The notes under the pieces: generated by a model | Databases searched by the model: none | Seen by the model: only the letters and a program-made list of their open reading frames with translations | What the model was told of the DNA's origin: nothing | Shown here: positions 46,601 to 57,479 of the stretch, piece after piece | How positions within the stretch are numbered: position 1 is the stretch's first letter | Layout: every line of letters begins with the position of its first letter | NCBI GenBank assembly: GCA_902634185.1 | Contig: CACPJC010000001.1 | Location: 32,001 to 96,000 of the forward strand | Origin: an uncultured Candidatus Actinomarina sp. | Lineage (GTDB): Bacteria; Actinomycetota; Acidimicrobiia; Actinomarinales; Actinomarinaceae | Length of the DNA: 64,000 bases | Direction of reading: 5' to 3' | Made by a program: the position numbers and the translations under genes

Positions 46601-49420
46601 TTATTGTTGATTGAGAATTTCCAGAGCTTTGTTTACAAGTTCCTCAACTTGAATAATTAGATCTTGATATTTTCCAAGATTTCCATCTGTTAACGCATTT
46701 TGAGCTTGATCAAATAAATCGCTAGCTTTATTTAATAAATCGATCGCACTTATATCTTCGGTATCGTCAACATCTAAATCGAGATCAATTTCTAGGTCAC
46801 CAAATACACCCTCAAGAGCAAGGCTAAGTGATTCGGCCATAATTATTCTGTCTTGGAAAACTACAACAACAAATTTAAATTCAGGCAATGGGTTTTGCTC
46901 ACCCTGTAGATATATCGGTTGATAATAAAGTACAGACTGATTGATTGGAACAACAAAAAGATTACCTTTAATAACACTTGATCCTTGTTGGTCTAACAAT
47001 GTAAATATTTGAGATATATCTGGATCCTGGTTAATCCTTGTAGCAACCTGAGTTGGTCCATCTACGAATTCACCTTTAGGTAATTTAAAGTCGATTATTT
47101 GTCCATAGTTTTCTGGATCTGCATCCGCAACAAGGAAGGACTGCATATTCGGTCTATTTTCCGGATTAAATGGCTGGAAGATAAGATAACTCAAATCACT
47201 CTCTCCTGGTAATGACATCAAAAGATAGTATGGAAGCATTGGTTTGAAACCAATTTCGCTGAACTCACCTCTCAAAGTTGCAAGTCTTGGTGTAGTGGAT
47301 GAGTCTGTAGGAATTACCCATGGATCCTCGTCAGCATAAAACACTCTTGGATCAGTCATGTGATAATCCCTGTACATGTCAGATTGAATCGTAAAGAGAT
47401 CTTCAGGGTATCTTATGTGATTCAACAAATCTTCAGACATATTTGATTTATCATCAAAAAGAGACGGGAAGATTTCAGCATATGACTTAATCAGTGGGTC
47501 ATTCTCATCAAAGACATAAAAATTCATCGTTCCGTCATAGGCGTTAACAACTGCTTTTACAGAGTTTCGAATGTAATTAAAGTTTATAGGCAGTCCAGAC
47601 CTGTCATTAATTCTTGTTGTGTCAGCTGGTTGAGCATAAGGATATCTATCACTCAAGGTATAAAGATCAATAATCCAGAATAGGTTGCCATCAATAAGTG
47701 CCAAATAAGGATCATTGTCAGTGTATAAGAAAGGAGCAGCTTTTTTAACCCTACTGATTATGTTTCTTTCCATAATTAGCTTTGAGCCATCACTCAACTG
47801 ATTTGATATAAGTAGGTTTAATTCGCTATAACGTAGTGCGAATCCAAGTCTTTTAAAGAACGAACCTATGCTTACTCCACCTTCACCTGAATAATTTGTG
47901 TATGCAACAGATTGGCCCTCTGTTGATAATGGGTAATCTACTTCATCTTGAAGTGAATTAACAACAACATATTCATCTGACTCTGCTGATTCTCCAAAAT
48001 ATATTCTCGGTTGGTCTACCTCAAGTTCAGCAACACTTGTATTTGCTGGCACACCCTTAACGTAAAAGTCTGGTTGTCCCTGACTAGCAACATTATTTGC
48101 AGGGCTGAATACAACACCAAAACCATGGGTGTACTGTAATTTTTGATTGACCCAACCTTGAGCAGGTAAGTTTGTTTGGTCTAATTCTCTTGCAGATACC
48201 ATAACCTGAGTCAATTGACCATCAATAATATATCTGTCTACATCAACTTCATCAAGGGCGTAATAGGCCCTAATTTCTTGAAGCTGGCTGTAAGTCTCGG
48301 CTAATACTGTCGGATCCCATAATCTAATATTGTCGACCGTTTGAGAGTTGTCATTTATGTCATTTTGAGAAAGATTGGGTGAAGCTTCGAACTGTTTTTC
48401 TTCTATGGAGTCAAGTCCATATGCCAATCTTGTGTAGTTAATATGATCTTCAACATAAGGCAATTCTTTATTCAACTCATCTGGTACAACTCTAAATCTC
48501 TGAATTGCTGCTGGAACAATTCCTCCAACTATGATGGAAACTGCTAACCATAAACCTATTGCCGTTGTAGGAAGTAGCCATCCTCTTCTTCTAATGTTTA
48601 CTAGTAAAAGAATTGCTCCAAATAATGAAATTAGAATCAAGAGATTTAAAGCGGGAAGATGAGCTACAACATCTGTATAGCTAGCTCCAAAAACTTTACC
48701 ACGTGGTGAATAAAGTAGTTCCAAAGCATCAAGCCTGTAGGCAACTGCTTTAAGTAAGGCTATGAATGCGAGTAAAACGGATAAGTGTGCTTTCGCTCCA
48801 CTACTAACCTCTGGTAAACGTCCAGGTCTTAATTGAAGAGCTCCAGTCGCAATAAAGTATAGAATTACAACAAGTGAAGTGAGCGTAACGAGTTGGAAAC
48901 CCCAAGAAACAAAAAGTCTGTAAAGTGGCAATCCATAAACATAACTTGCAACATCATAATTGAATACCGGATCACTTACACCGAATCCTTGTCGGTTAAG
49001 AAATAATAAAACCTGTTCCCATAGTGTTGAAGCGCCTGCACCTAAAAATAAAGAAAGAGCAACGGCACCAGTTAATCTAAATCGAGCAAATCGTTCACTT
49101 ACAAAGCTTCTGAACCTAGCAAGAGGGTCTTCAGAGTCAAATGCTTCAAAGATATCCATCACTGGAGTTGCTCTTGTTGCCAATCTTAGGTTTGTAAATA
49201 TAAATATAAATGCAATCAATGAAGTAGCACCGACAAGTGCAGTCCTAGTTATTAAGATTTTTATCCAAACACTTTCTAATGAAACAGAGTCAAACCAAAG
49301 GTAATTTGTATAAAAGTTAGCAATACCTCTGGCAAGAGAAAAACCAATAATTGCAATAAAAACAATAAAAGAGAATCCTCTTCTCTCTGAATTTGTATTT
49401 AAATTTCCGATATTAACCAT
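46601..49420 (-). CDS. UPF0182 family membrane protein
   Basis: YTNYLWFDS, GASYTDV, NIRLWDP, YTHGFG, QPRIYFGE, NYIRNSVK. Confidence 0.93.
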   Translation of the reverse strand: MVNIGNLNTNSERRGFSFIVFIAIIGFSLARGIANFYTNYLWFDSVSLESVWIKILITRTALVGATSLIAFIFIFTNLRLATRATPVMDIFEAFDSEDPLARFRSFVSERFARFRLTGAVALSLFLGAGASTLWEQVLLFLNRQGFGVSDPVFNYDVASYVYGLPLYRLFVSWGFQLVTLTSLVVILYFIATGALQLRPGRLPEVSSGAKAHLSVLLAFIALLKAVAYRLDALELLYSPRGKVFGASYTDVVAHLPALNLLILISLFGAILLLVNIRRRGWLLPTTAIGLWLAVSIIVGGIVPAAIQRFRVVPDELNKELPYVEDHINYTRLAYGLDSIEEKQFEASPNLSQNDINDNSQTVDNIRLWDPTVLAETYSQLQEIRAYYALDEVDVDRYIIDGQLTQVMVSARELDQTNLPAQGWVNQKLQYTHGFGVVFSPANNVASQGQPDFYVKGVPANTSVAELEVDQPRIYFGESAESDEYVVVNSLQDEVDYPLSTEGQSVAYTNYSGEGGVSIGSFFKRLGFALRYSELNLLISNQLSDGSKLIMERNIISRVKKAAPFLYTDNDPYLALIDGNLFWIIDLYTLSDRYPYAQPADTTRINDRSGLPINFNYIRNSVKAVVNAYDGTMNFYVFDENDPLIKSYAEIFPSLFDDKSNMSEDLLNHIRYPEDLFTIQSDMYRDYHMTDPRVFYADEDPWVIPTDSSTTPRLATLRGEFSEIGFKPMLPYYLLMSLPGESDLSYLIFQPFNPENRPNMQSFLVADADPENYGQIIDFKLPKGEFVDGPTQVATRINQDPDISQIFTLLDQQGSSVIKGNLFVVPINQSVLYYQPIYLQGEQNPLPEFKFVVVVFQDRIIMAESLSLALEGVFGDLEIDLDLDVDDTEDISAIDLLNKASDLFDQAQNALTDGNLGKYQDLIIQVEELVNKALEILNQQ

Positions 49421-49448
49421 GTAGATTTATTGTATTTATGTTTCGTCT

Positions 49449-50459
49449 TTAACGTGAACTAAAGTCAGAAATTACACCAAGCGCCTCTTTAAAAGAATCA
49501 ACTGCAATAATTGACGTATTTTCATCTGAATAAATATTTGCTTCCGAAAAATTAGCAGTTGGAACAAGAATTAAAGAAGCGTTTGCTTTTTTTGCAGCAA
49601 TCACTTTTTGTTTTACACCACCTACTGGTCCAACCGAACCATCGATTTCTATAGTTCCAGTACCGGCAATTTTATTCCCAGCAGTTATATCATTCTCCGT
49701 AAGTAAATTGTAAACATTTAATGCCATCATCATGCCTGCAGAAGGACCACCAACATTCCCCGTGTTAATATCAACTTCAAAAGGATATACAAATTTTTGA
49801 TTTGGGGTCGAAGCAAGAAATCCGACCATTGGCTCATTTTCATATTCTACATGTTCGATAAGTGTTGTTTTAATTTTTATGTCTTCTTCATTTCTAACCA
49901 ATCCGATTTCCACTACGTCGCCAATATCATAAGTTTTAAGTAAAGATATAAATTCAGTTGATGACTTTACGATCTGATCATTTATGGATGTAATGAGATC
50001 GTTTTTATAAAGTTTGTCTTTTACAGGTGAGTCATCGAGTAACCCTACTACTAAAACACCGTCACCTTCTGACTCAACATCATAACCCAAAGTGTCTAGT
50101 GCTACAGCTATTGCAACATTTTCAGAAGTTATCATATTCTGAATACTTATTTCTGAAAGTTCTTGTGGGGTGACACCATCAGGTAAAATAACCTCTCTTG
50201 GATACAAGTCAATTTGACTATTTAAATTTGCCCATGCGTACACAAAATAATTTGCTTCATCACGCCTGACAGTCAATTGATACAAATTACCATCAAAATC
50301 ATAAGTTTTCTGATCTAGTATTTCAATTTCCCACTGATAGGGTGGTCCTGGAGACATAAAATAATAATCAGTTTTTACAAATCCAAATGGGAAAATTGCA
50401 ACTAAATAAGCAACTAAGGCAATCTTTAAAACCCTGTTTTTTTCAAAAAAACCTTTCAT
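49449..50459 (-). CDS. YlbL-type PDZ/Lon-like S16 protease
   Basis: SPGP, PDZ domain, VGGPSAGMM, AGTGTI..GSVGPVGGVKQK. Confidence 0.9.
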   Translation of the reverse strand: MKGFFEKNRVLKIALVAYLVAIFPFGFVKTDYYFMSPGPPYQWEIEILDQKTYDFDGNLYQLTVRRDEANYFVYAWANLNSQIDLYPREVILPDGVTPQELSEISIQNMITSENVAIAVALDTLGYDVESEGDGVLVVGLLDDSPVKDKLYKNDLITSINDQIVKSSTEFISLLKTYDIGDVVEIGLVRNEEDIKIKTTLIEHVEYENEPMVGFLASTPNQKFVYPFEVDINTGNVGGPSAGMMMALNVYNLLTENDITAGNKIAGTGTIEIDGSVGPVGGVKQKVIAAKKANASLILVPTANFSEANIYSDENTSIIAVDSFKEALGVISDFSSR

Positions 50460-50487
50460 AGGTAAATATTAATTTATTTAAATAAAT

Positions 50488-50515
50488 AAAAAAGAGCCGG
50501 CATTGCCGGCTCTTT
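50488..50515 (-). terminator. Intrinsic terminator after the substrate-binding protein gene
   Basis: AAAGAGCCGGC-ATT-GCCGGCTCTTT stem with a T-run on the minus strand. Confidence 0.88.
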
Positions 50516-50537
50516 AATAATCTATATATTTTTTATA

Positions 50538-51917
50538 TTAATAACAAGATCCTGTAGTCCAATCATAAGCCTTAGCTGTAGGGCCTACATACTGTGATGC
50601 AAGGACTCTCTGACCACTACCAATTGATCCATCAGGTATGCCGATATAAGCTTGTGCGTCAGCTCTATCTTGACCCAATGTTCTTGATGGAAACATTCCA
50701 TCTGATTCTACTGTTACATTTGCAGCAGCTCTTCTAATTCCTGCTCTTGTAAGGTCTCCACCTTTAACAGCTGCTTCTAGAACACCTTTAAGGTGATACT
50801 GAGATGACCATCCTGCTACAAGGAATGAGTTTGCACTATCTACGATTTGACTCATAGTAGCTCTCATAACTGCATGACCTGGTGTATCTGCTTCATAAGG
50901 AGCAACACCAAGACCCATTGCATAAATGAGACCTGATTCAAATAATCCCTTAAGAGCAAATCCTTCTTGAACAAATGCATCATTGAATGATGGTCCAGCA
51001 AGTATGGCAAATGGAGTTATGCCTTGTTGAGCTGCTCCACCAGCGACTTGTGCCATAAATCCTGCATTTATAGCTGGAAAATATGCATCAACTGGTTGAG
51101 TTACCATCAAACCAACAGCTTGAGCAACATCAAATTCTGTTGATGGAGGTGTATATGTCCATGCAACTGTTAATCCGTTTGCTTCTGCTGCTTTTGCAAC
51201 GCCTGCAGCCCAGTCTGAGCCATAGTCACCGGCGAATCCCATAATTCCTACAGTCTTGATATCACCAAGATTTGCAAGAGACCAGTCAACAGCATTCATA
51301 CCATCAGCACAGTACTGACTTCCAAATTCAATAACTAATCCTCTGTCAACGTCTTTATAAGACCAACCTGAATACCAGCTCATTGGAACTGCAACCATGT
51401 TGTCTTTATCCATTTCATCCAAAATAAATAATGTCTGAACTGTTCCTAATGACATTGATAATGCCGCAACATTTTCTTTGAGTTGTGTATATCCTTCAAG
51501 ATGTTTTTGTGGGTTAAACCCAGCATCAAAACTTTCTCTAATGGCAACACTATAATCTCCAATTCCTCCAGCTGAGTTAGCCCATAGCCAAAAAGCTCTT
51601 TGAGCAACCTCTAGTCCTGGACCAGCTGGTGCAAATGGACCTGTAAAGTCGTTAATCATACCTAAATAGATACAACCTTTGCTTTGATCAGCGCCTGTAG
51701 GCACTCCACCAATTTCTGCTGGACATGGTTCTGCTGTAACACCGGTTCCGGTTTTTACAGCTGTTGCTGTTGTGACTGCTGGAGAATCTAGTGATTCAAC
51801 TACTGCTTCTTCTACGGTTTCTTCAACTACTTCTTCTTCAGCTGCTCCACCACATGCAACAATAACCAAGGAAAGAATTGAAAATATGATAATTCCTCGC
51901 TTACGCAATGAATTCAT
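50538..51917 (-). CDS. ABC transporter substrate-binding lipoprotein (LivJ/Peripla_BP_6-like)
   Basis: Lipobox IVAC, IYLGMINDFTGPFA, GDYG; last gene of the liv-like cluster. Confidence 0.85.
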   Translation of the reverse strand: MNSLRKRGIIIFSILSLVIVACGGAAEEEVVEETVEEAVVESLDSPAVTTATAVKTGTGVTAEPCPAEIGGVPTGADQSKGCIYLGMINDFTGPFAPAGPGLEVAQRAFWLWANSAGGIGDYSVAIRESFDAGFNPQKHLEGYTQLKENVAALSMSLGTVQTLFILDEMDKDNMVAVPMSWYSGWSYKDVDRGLVIEFGSQYCADGMNAVDWSLANLGDIKTVGIMGFAGDYGSDWAAGVAKAAEANGLTVAWTYTPPSTEFDVAQAVGLMVTQPVDAYFPAINAGFMAQVAGGAAQQGITPFAILAGPSFNDAFVQEGFALKGLFESGLIYAMGLGVAPYEADTPGHAVMRATMSQIVDSANSFLVAGWSSQYHLKGVLEAAVKGGDLTRAGIRRAAANVTVESDGMFPSRTLGQDRADAQAYIGIPDGSIGSGQRVLASQYVGPTAKAYDWTTGSCY

Positions 51918-51974
51918 TTTCTCCCCCTTAAATTATTAGTACTAATGTACTTAGATTACTAGAAAAATTTCAAG

Positions 51975-53078
51975 TTAGTAGGAAAAAGGCCAAGCTTTAA
52001 AATAATTACGTAACCTGAACCAAATACCCCATATTCCTCTTGGTTCAAATACGAGAAAAAAGATGATGAAAAAGCCAAAAACTATTCTTTCAATCTCACC
52101 AGCATTAAGAAAAAACCCAGTATCTGCAACCCCTACAGCATGTAATATAGTTTGGATAATACCAGGTAGCATTGTGAAGAAAAATGCACCATAAAAGGGT
52201 CCCATTACTGTTCCGACTCCACCAATAATCACAATTGCAATAAATGTAATAGAATATAATAAGCTGAAAGTCCCTGGTTCAATCCCTCCAGAAATAATAA
52301 ATAGAAGAGAGCCTGCTATACCTGCATAGAAACTAGAAAGTGCAAATGCATACATCTTGTATCTATATAAATTAATTCCTAAAGCTTCAGCGGCTATGTC
52401 TCTATCCCTAATTGCCGAAAATGCTCTACCAATTTTTGTCCTTGTTAAATTTTTGGCACCTAAACCAAGAAAGATACAAAGAATGAGTGAAAAATAATAA
52501 ATGACATCATTTTTTTCCAAAATCATACTTCCAATTGATAGTCCAGAGTCTAAATCAATCCCTAAGAATTTTAACTTTGCAGCTTTACGACCTAAACCCG
52601 CTCCGCCTGTGATGAATTTTAGATTTGAAAAAAAATGTGAACCAATAAATACAATCGCAAGAGTTACTAATCCTAGGTTTAATCCTTTTAGTCTTGCTGA
52701 TACTGGAGATATAATAATTCCAACTAAAGCTGCAATAATTCCTGATAGGGGAAGCCAAATGATCATATCTAGCTCAAATCCTATAACACTTGAAGTTGCA
52801 ACACCACCTATAACAGCAGAAGTATATGTTCCTATGCCGACAAAGACTCCGTGAGCAAGATTAATTTGACCAGCCATTCCTGATACAATATTTAATCCCC
52901 ATGACGCAATTGCAATTAATAATGAGGTTGTTACCAGTAACATCCAATAGGGTGAAAAATAAAATGGAACGATAAGAGACAGCAAAATTAGAAGTACAAA
53001 CCATACTTTTTGGGTTGATGTAGAAAATATTGCACTTTCACTCTTATAGTTTGTATAAAGGTCAGGTCTTTTTTTCAT
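51975..53078 (-). CDS. Branched-chain amino acid type ABC permease (LivM-like)
   Basis: GMAGQINLAHG, GRAFSAIRDRDIAAEALGI. Confidence 0.9.
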   Translation of the reverse strand: MKKRPDLYTNYKSESAIFSTSTQKVWFVLLILLSLIVPFYFSPYWMLLVTTSLLIAIASWGLNIVSGMAGQINLAHGVFVGIGTYTSAVIGGVATSSVIGFELDMIIWLPLSGIIAALVGIIISPVSARLKGLNLGLVTLAIVFIGSHFFSNLKFITGGAGLGRKAAKLKFLGIDLDSGLSIGSMILEKNDVIYYFSLILCIFLGLGAKNLTRTKIGRAFSAIRDRDIAAEALGINLYRYKMYAFALSSFYAGIAGSLLFIISGGIEPGTFSLLYSITFIAIVIIGGVGTVMGPFYGAFFFTMLPGIIQTILHAVGVADTGFFLNAGEIERIVFGFFIIFFLVFEPRGIWGIWFRLRNYFKAWPFSY

Positions 53079-53995
53079 ACACGCTCAACTTCTTCACGTC
53101 CAAAAAGACCATCTGGCCTAATAAGCAAAATAAAGAACATAATCAAATATGGGGCAATTAGAGAGAAACCGCTTCCTAACGGTATTCCTAGAAAATTTTC
53201 AATATTTATTTGATAGTAAGCAACGTAGCCTTGGGTAAGCCCAATAATTAGGGATCCAACAACTGCTCCAGGAATAGAGTCAAGACCTCCGATTACTACC
53301 GCGGGTAAGGCTCTAAGTGCAGAGACAAAACTTGCTTGAGTAAGGGTATTAAATCCTCCAGTAATAAAGAAGCCAGCAAACCCTGCCAATATTCCAGCTA
53401 TTAACCATACAAGACCAAAAATTCTTCCAACATTTATTCCTTGTGCCAGTGCAGCTTCCTGATCGTATGAGGTTGCCATCATTGCTACACCATATTTTGA
53501 TTTTTTAAAGAAAACAGTTAGTAATGAGATCATGATTATCGCAGTAAATAATGCAGCTAATTCAAGATATTTTAGAGTTACACCATTTAGCTCTAAAGAT
53601 CCAAAATTTCCAAAGCTTGGAAATGGGTCACCTAAATATCTTGGATTTAAACCTATCCAATTATTGAGAATCGTTCTTAGAAGAATATCAATACCAATTG
53701 TAAGAATAGCAACAGAAAATACTGGCTCCCCAACCATTGGACGTAAAAAGGTTCTCTCTACAATTAATCCGATTAAACCTGTAGCAATAATCCCTATAAT
53801 AAATGCAAGCCAAAAAGGTACACCTCGGTCTACAGCGAGTGCACTAATTAACCCAGCTCCAACAACAACAAGTGCTGGATGTGCAAAACTTAAAACATCA
53901 GTTGCTTTGTAAACTAAGACCAAGCCAATTGCAACTAATGAATATACAGAGCCCAGTGACAAGCCCTCAAATGTCGCTTGTAAAAAAATTGTCAT
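53075..53995 (-). CDS. Branched-chain amino acid type ABC permease (LivH-like)
   Basis: YSLVAIGLVLVYKAT, VIGGLDSIPGAVVG, RPDGLFG. Confidence 0.9.
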   Translation of the reverse strand: MTIFLQATFEGLSLGSVYSLVAIGLVLVYKATDVLSFAHPALVVVGAGLISALAVDRGVPFWLAFIIGIIATGLIGLIVERTFLRPMVGEPVFSVAILTIGIDILLRTILNNWIGLNPRYLGDPFPSFGNFGSLELNGVTLKYLELAALFTAIIMISLLTVFFKKSKYGVAMMATSYDQEAALAQGINVGRIFGLVWLIAGILAGFAGFFITGGFNTLTQASFVSALRALPAVVIGGLDSIPGAVVGSLIIGLTQGYVAYYQINIENFLGIPLGSGFSLIAPYLIMFFILLIRPDGLFGREEVERV

Positions 53996-55836
53996 TTATA
54001 CATATCTTCAATTAAGTCAGAAAATTTATCCATTATTACATTACGTTTCGCTTTTTGAGTTGCAGTAAGATCTCCATCTTCATGATCCAATTCTTTTGTC
54101 AACATTCGAAATTTTCTTATTGGTAACGAAGATGTATATTCATTTGATTTTTTTATCTCTTCCCAAATCAGATTTTGAACTTCTTCATTCTCTGAAAGAT
54201 TTCTATACGTAGTGTGCGCAATATTTTTTCTAAGTGCCCAGTTTGATACTATATCAAACTCAATACCGATTAAGGCAGATAGAAACTTTCTATCATCTCC
54301 AATAACAATTGCCTCTTTTATAAATGGAGAAGTTTTGATGTTATTTTCTAATTCAGACGGGGATACATTCTTACCTCCGCTAGTAATTATGATGTCCTTT
54401 TTTCTATCAACAATTTTCAGGAACTCACCATCGTACTCTCCTACATCTCCTGTATATAACCAACCATCATCGGTAAGAACTTCTTTAGTGGCTTCTTCGT
54501 TTTTATAATATCCAACAAATACACCGGGATGTCTGACCATAATTTCACCATCATCAGCTAATTTAACCTCTACCCCAGGCTGTGGAACTCCGACTGTTCC
54601 AAGCTTTACCTTATCCGGAGTATTACCTGTGGCAACAGCTGAGTTCTCTGTCATTCCATAACCTTCATAGATCGGTACTCCGAGAGACATAAAAAATCTT
54701 AAGATCTCTGGTGCTATAGGTGCTGCTCCTGATACAGCATTATCAACATTTAACAAACCTAATTTTTTTCTTAAAGATCGGAATGCTAGCCCTTGTGCAA
54801 TAAAATTTGTAACCTTTGCGATAAAATCATTCGAATTTTCCAGCCTTCTTTTCGCAGTTATATCTCCAAAAAAAGTAGCAACTGAAAAGAGTATTTTTTT
54901 AAGCCTTGAAGCATCTTTCATCCTGACTAATGTGCCTGCGTGCATTCGCTCTAAAATTCTTGGTACAGCTGGAAATATAGATGGCTGAATTTCTGCTAGG
55001 TCTCTTTGAACAGTGTCAATTGATTCAGCAAAATTAATAGTACCTATAGAGTTAATAGCTATGATTTCATCAACTAGCCTTCCAAATACATGACACAGTG
55101 GAAGATAAGATAAGTATTCTGGATTACTTATATTTGGAGTAAATGATAAATCAGGAATTATAGATGCAGTCCATTCCATATTTCCGTGAGAAAGCATTGA
55201 TGCTTTTGGAGGACCAGTAGTTCCAGAAGTATAAATCATGAGCGCTACATCTTCACTTTTTATTTCATCTATACAGAAATTTACAAAATCCTTGTTTTTT
55301 TCATACTCTTCTTTACCAATTTCAAGGAACTCATCCCACCTCATTAATTTTTCACTATCGTAACGAAATAAACCCTTTTCTTCAAAATAAATTATTTTTG
55401 ATAGGTTAGGAACTTCATCAAGAACCTCTAAAGCTTTATCTACTTGTTCTTGATCTTCTGCGAAGAGTATTTTTGATTCAGAGTGACTTAAAAGATACTG
55501 TACTTCTGCTGGTGGATTAGTTGGATATAGTCCAACAGTTATTCCCCCAATAGCTTGTACGCCTATATCAGCAATTAGCCATTCAGGTCTGTTTTCCGAA
55601 TGGATTGCAACTTTTTCAGTTTTCTGAATACCAAAATAATTTAAAGCGCAACCAACATATTGAACTTCCATCCAAAATTCTTTATAAGACATCTCATTCC
55701 AGATACCATACCTTTTATCCCTAAAAGCAATTTGCTCGGGAAATCTATTTGCAATATCTCTTAATCTTCGAGATGGTGTCATACCACCATTAGTTTCTAT
55801 TTCTTCAAATATTTCTTTCATTGTTTGCATAATCAT
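53992..55836 (-). CDS. Long-chain fatty acid--CoA ligase (AMP-binding)
   Basis: YTSGTTGPPK, SYLPLCHV, EGYGMTE, GWLYTGD, DRKKDIIITSGGKN. Confidence 0.92.
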   Translation of the reverse strand: MIMQTMKEIFEEIETNGGMTPSRRLRDIANRFPEQIAFRDKRYGIWNEMSYKEFWMEVQYVGCALNYFGIQKTEKVAIHSENRPEWLIADIGVQAIGGITVGLYPTNPPAEVQYLLSHSESKILFAEDQEQVDKALEVLDEVPNLSKIIYFEEKGLFRYDSEKLMRWDEFLEIGKEEYEKNKDFVNFCIDEIKSEDVALMIYTSGTTGPPKASMLSHGNMEWTASIIPDLSFTPNISNPEYLSYLPLCHVFGRLVDEIIAINSIGTINFAESIDTVQRDLAEIQPSIFPAVPRILERMHAGTLVRMKDASRLKKILFSVATFFGDITAKRRLENSNDFIAKVTNFIAQGLAFRSLRKKLGLLNVDNAVSGAAPIAPEILRFFMSLGVPIYEGYGMTENSAVATGNTPDKVKLGTVGVPQPGVEVKLADDGEIMVRHPGVFVGYYKNEEATKEVLTDDGWLYTGDVGEYDGEFLKIVDRKKDIIITSGGKNVSPSELENNIKTSPFIKEAIVIGDDRKFLSALIGIEFDIVSNWALRKNIAHTTYRNLSENEEVQNLIWEEIKKSNEYTSSLPIRKFRMLTKELDHEDGDLTATQKAKRNVIMDKFSDLIEDMYK

Positions 55837-56597
55837 CCAACTCCTAAATACGCATCTATTACTTTTTGATCTTTCGCAGCATCTTTCGGATCGCCTTGAA
55901 ATAATTTTTCACCAAAATCCATTGCCACTACCTCTGTGGCTATATCCATTACCATGTTCATGTCGTGGTCTATTAATATAACTGTGATTCCTAGTTCTTC
56001 GTGTATGTCTAAGATGAACCTTGCAATGTCTTCAGTTTCCTCATTATTCATTCCTGCTGCAGGTTCGTCTAACAAGAGCACTTTTGGCTCCATTGCGAGA
56101 GCTCTACCTAGTTCTATTCTTTTTTGAATACCATATGGAAGAGATAATATATATGAATATCTGTATTCCTCGATTTCTAAAAAATCAATTACATCTTCAG
56201 ATATTTTTCTTGCTTTTTCTTCCTCTATCCTTACTTTTTTTGAATAGATAAGACTTCGGATAGGTCCATAATTTACATGCTTATGAGCCCCAATTAAAAT
56301 GTTGTCTAACGTTGTCATATTTTCAAAAAGTTCTATGTTCTGAAATGTTCTTGATACACCTAGGTTTGCTATTTCATCTGGGTTTAAATTTGCGCTATCT
56401 TCACCAAATATGTTTATATTGCCATTCGATGGCTTATATATTCCATTAATGCAATTGAGTATAGAAGTTTTACCAGCACCGTTCGGCCCAATAATGGCAA
56501 ATAATGAACCTTCATCAATGTCGAACGAAATTTCTTTAAGGGCTTGAACACCACCGAATTTTAAACTTACATTGTCAAAAGAAATAATTTTACTCAT
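55833..56597 (-). CDS. ABC ATPase (LivG-like)
   Basis: GPNGAGKTS, RTFQN, LPYG, LLDEPAAGMN; ATGA overlap places the start at 56597. Confidence 0.92.
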   Translation of the reverse strand: MSKIISFDNVSLKFGGVQALKEISFDIDEGSLFAIIGPNGAGKTSILNCINGIYKPSNGNINIFGEDSANLNPDEIANLGVSRTFQNIELFENMTTLDNILIGAHKHVNYGPIRSLIYSKKVRIEEEKARKISEDVIDFLEIEEYRYSYILSLPYGIQKRIELGRALAMEPKVLLLDEPAAGMNNEETEDIARFILDIHEELGITVILIDHDMNMVMDIATEVVAMDFGEKLFQGDPKDAAKDQKVIDAYLGVG

Positions 56598-57382
56598 GAC
56601 AACCACCTTTTTTTTCTTTTGTAATGTTTTACGTCTTTAAATGATTTTCGATCTGTACCTTCAGTGTTTAGGCCTAAATAAAATTCTTGAACATCTTTAT
56701 CTTTCATAAGTTTTTCACTTGGATTATCCATTACAACATTTCCTGTTTCCATAATATATCCATGGGAAGAAATTTTAAGAGCCATATTTGCATTTTGTTC
56801 AACTAGTAAAACTGTTACACCTTGTGAGTTAATTTCTACTATTAGTTCTGAAATTTGTTCCACTAATTTTGGAGCAAGTCCTAAACTCGGTTCATCCAAA
56901 AGTAAGTATTTGGGATCTGACATCAAGGCTCTTCCTATCGCTAACATTTGTTGTTCACCACCAGACAAGTAGCCTGATATATTTTTTGCTCTTTTCTTTA
57001 ATATTGGAAATAACTCAAAAACCCTTTCAGTATTTTCTGGTACGCTACCGTCATTTGTGAATCCTCCAAGTCTTAAGTTTTCATTAACAGTGAGCTCTGA
57101 GAAAATTCTTCTTCCTTCTAATACTTGGGCAATTCCTAAATTAACAATTTTTGATGGTTCAGCATTTGTAATATCTTGATCCTCTACAGTTATTTGTCCC
57201 TTTGTAATATCTCCATTTTGAGTATCTAATAAACCAGTAATCGCTCGTAAAGCTGTAGTTTTGCCAGAACCATTACTACCAAGTAAGGAAACAATTTCAC
57301 CTTTTGGTATTTCAAAAGATATACCTCTAAGAACCAGAATTACATCTTGATAAACAACTTCTAGATTTTTTACCGCTAACAC
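56594..57382 (-). CDS. ABC ATPase (LivF-like)
   Basis: GSNGSGKTT, LSGGEQQMLAIGR, LLVEQN. Confidence 0.92.
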   Translation of the reverse strand: MLAVKNLEVVYQDVILVLRGISFEIPKGEIVSLLGSNGSGKTTALRAITGLLDTQNGDITKGQITVEDQDITNAEPSKIVNLGIAQVLEGRRIFSELTVNENLRLGGFTNDGSVPENTERVFELFPILKKRAKNISGYLSGGEQQMLAIGRALMSDPKYLLLDEPSLGLAPKLVEQISELIVEINSQGVTVLLVEQNANMALKISSHGYIMETGNVVMDNPSEKLMKDKDVQEFYLGLNTEGTDRKSFKDVKHYKRKKRWLS

Positions 57383-57479
57383 TTATCTAATTACTTTAAC
57401 TTATAAATATAGATTTTACTAAAAAAACCAGTAGTGATTTTAAAAACATGTACAACAGGAAGCTATTTAAGATATATGT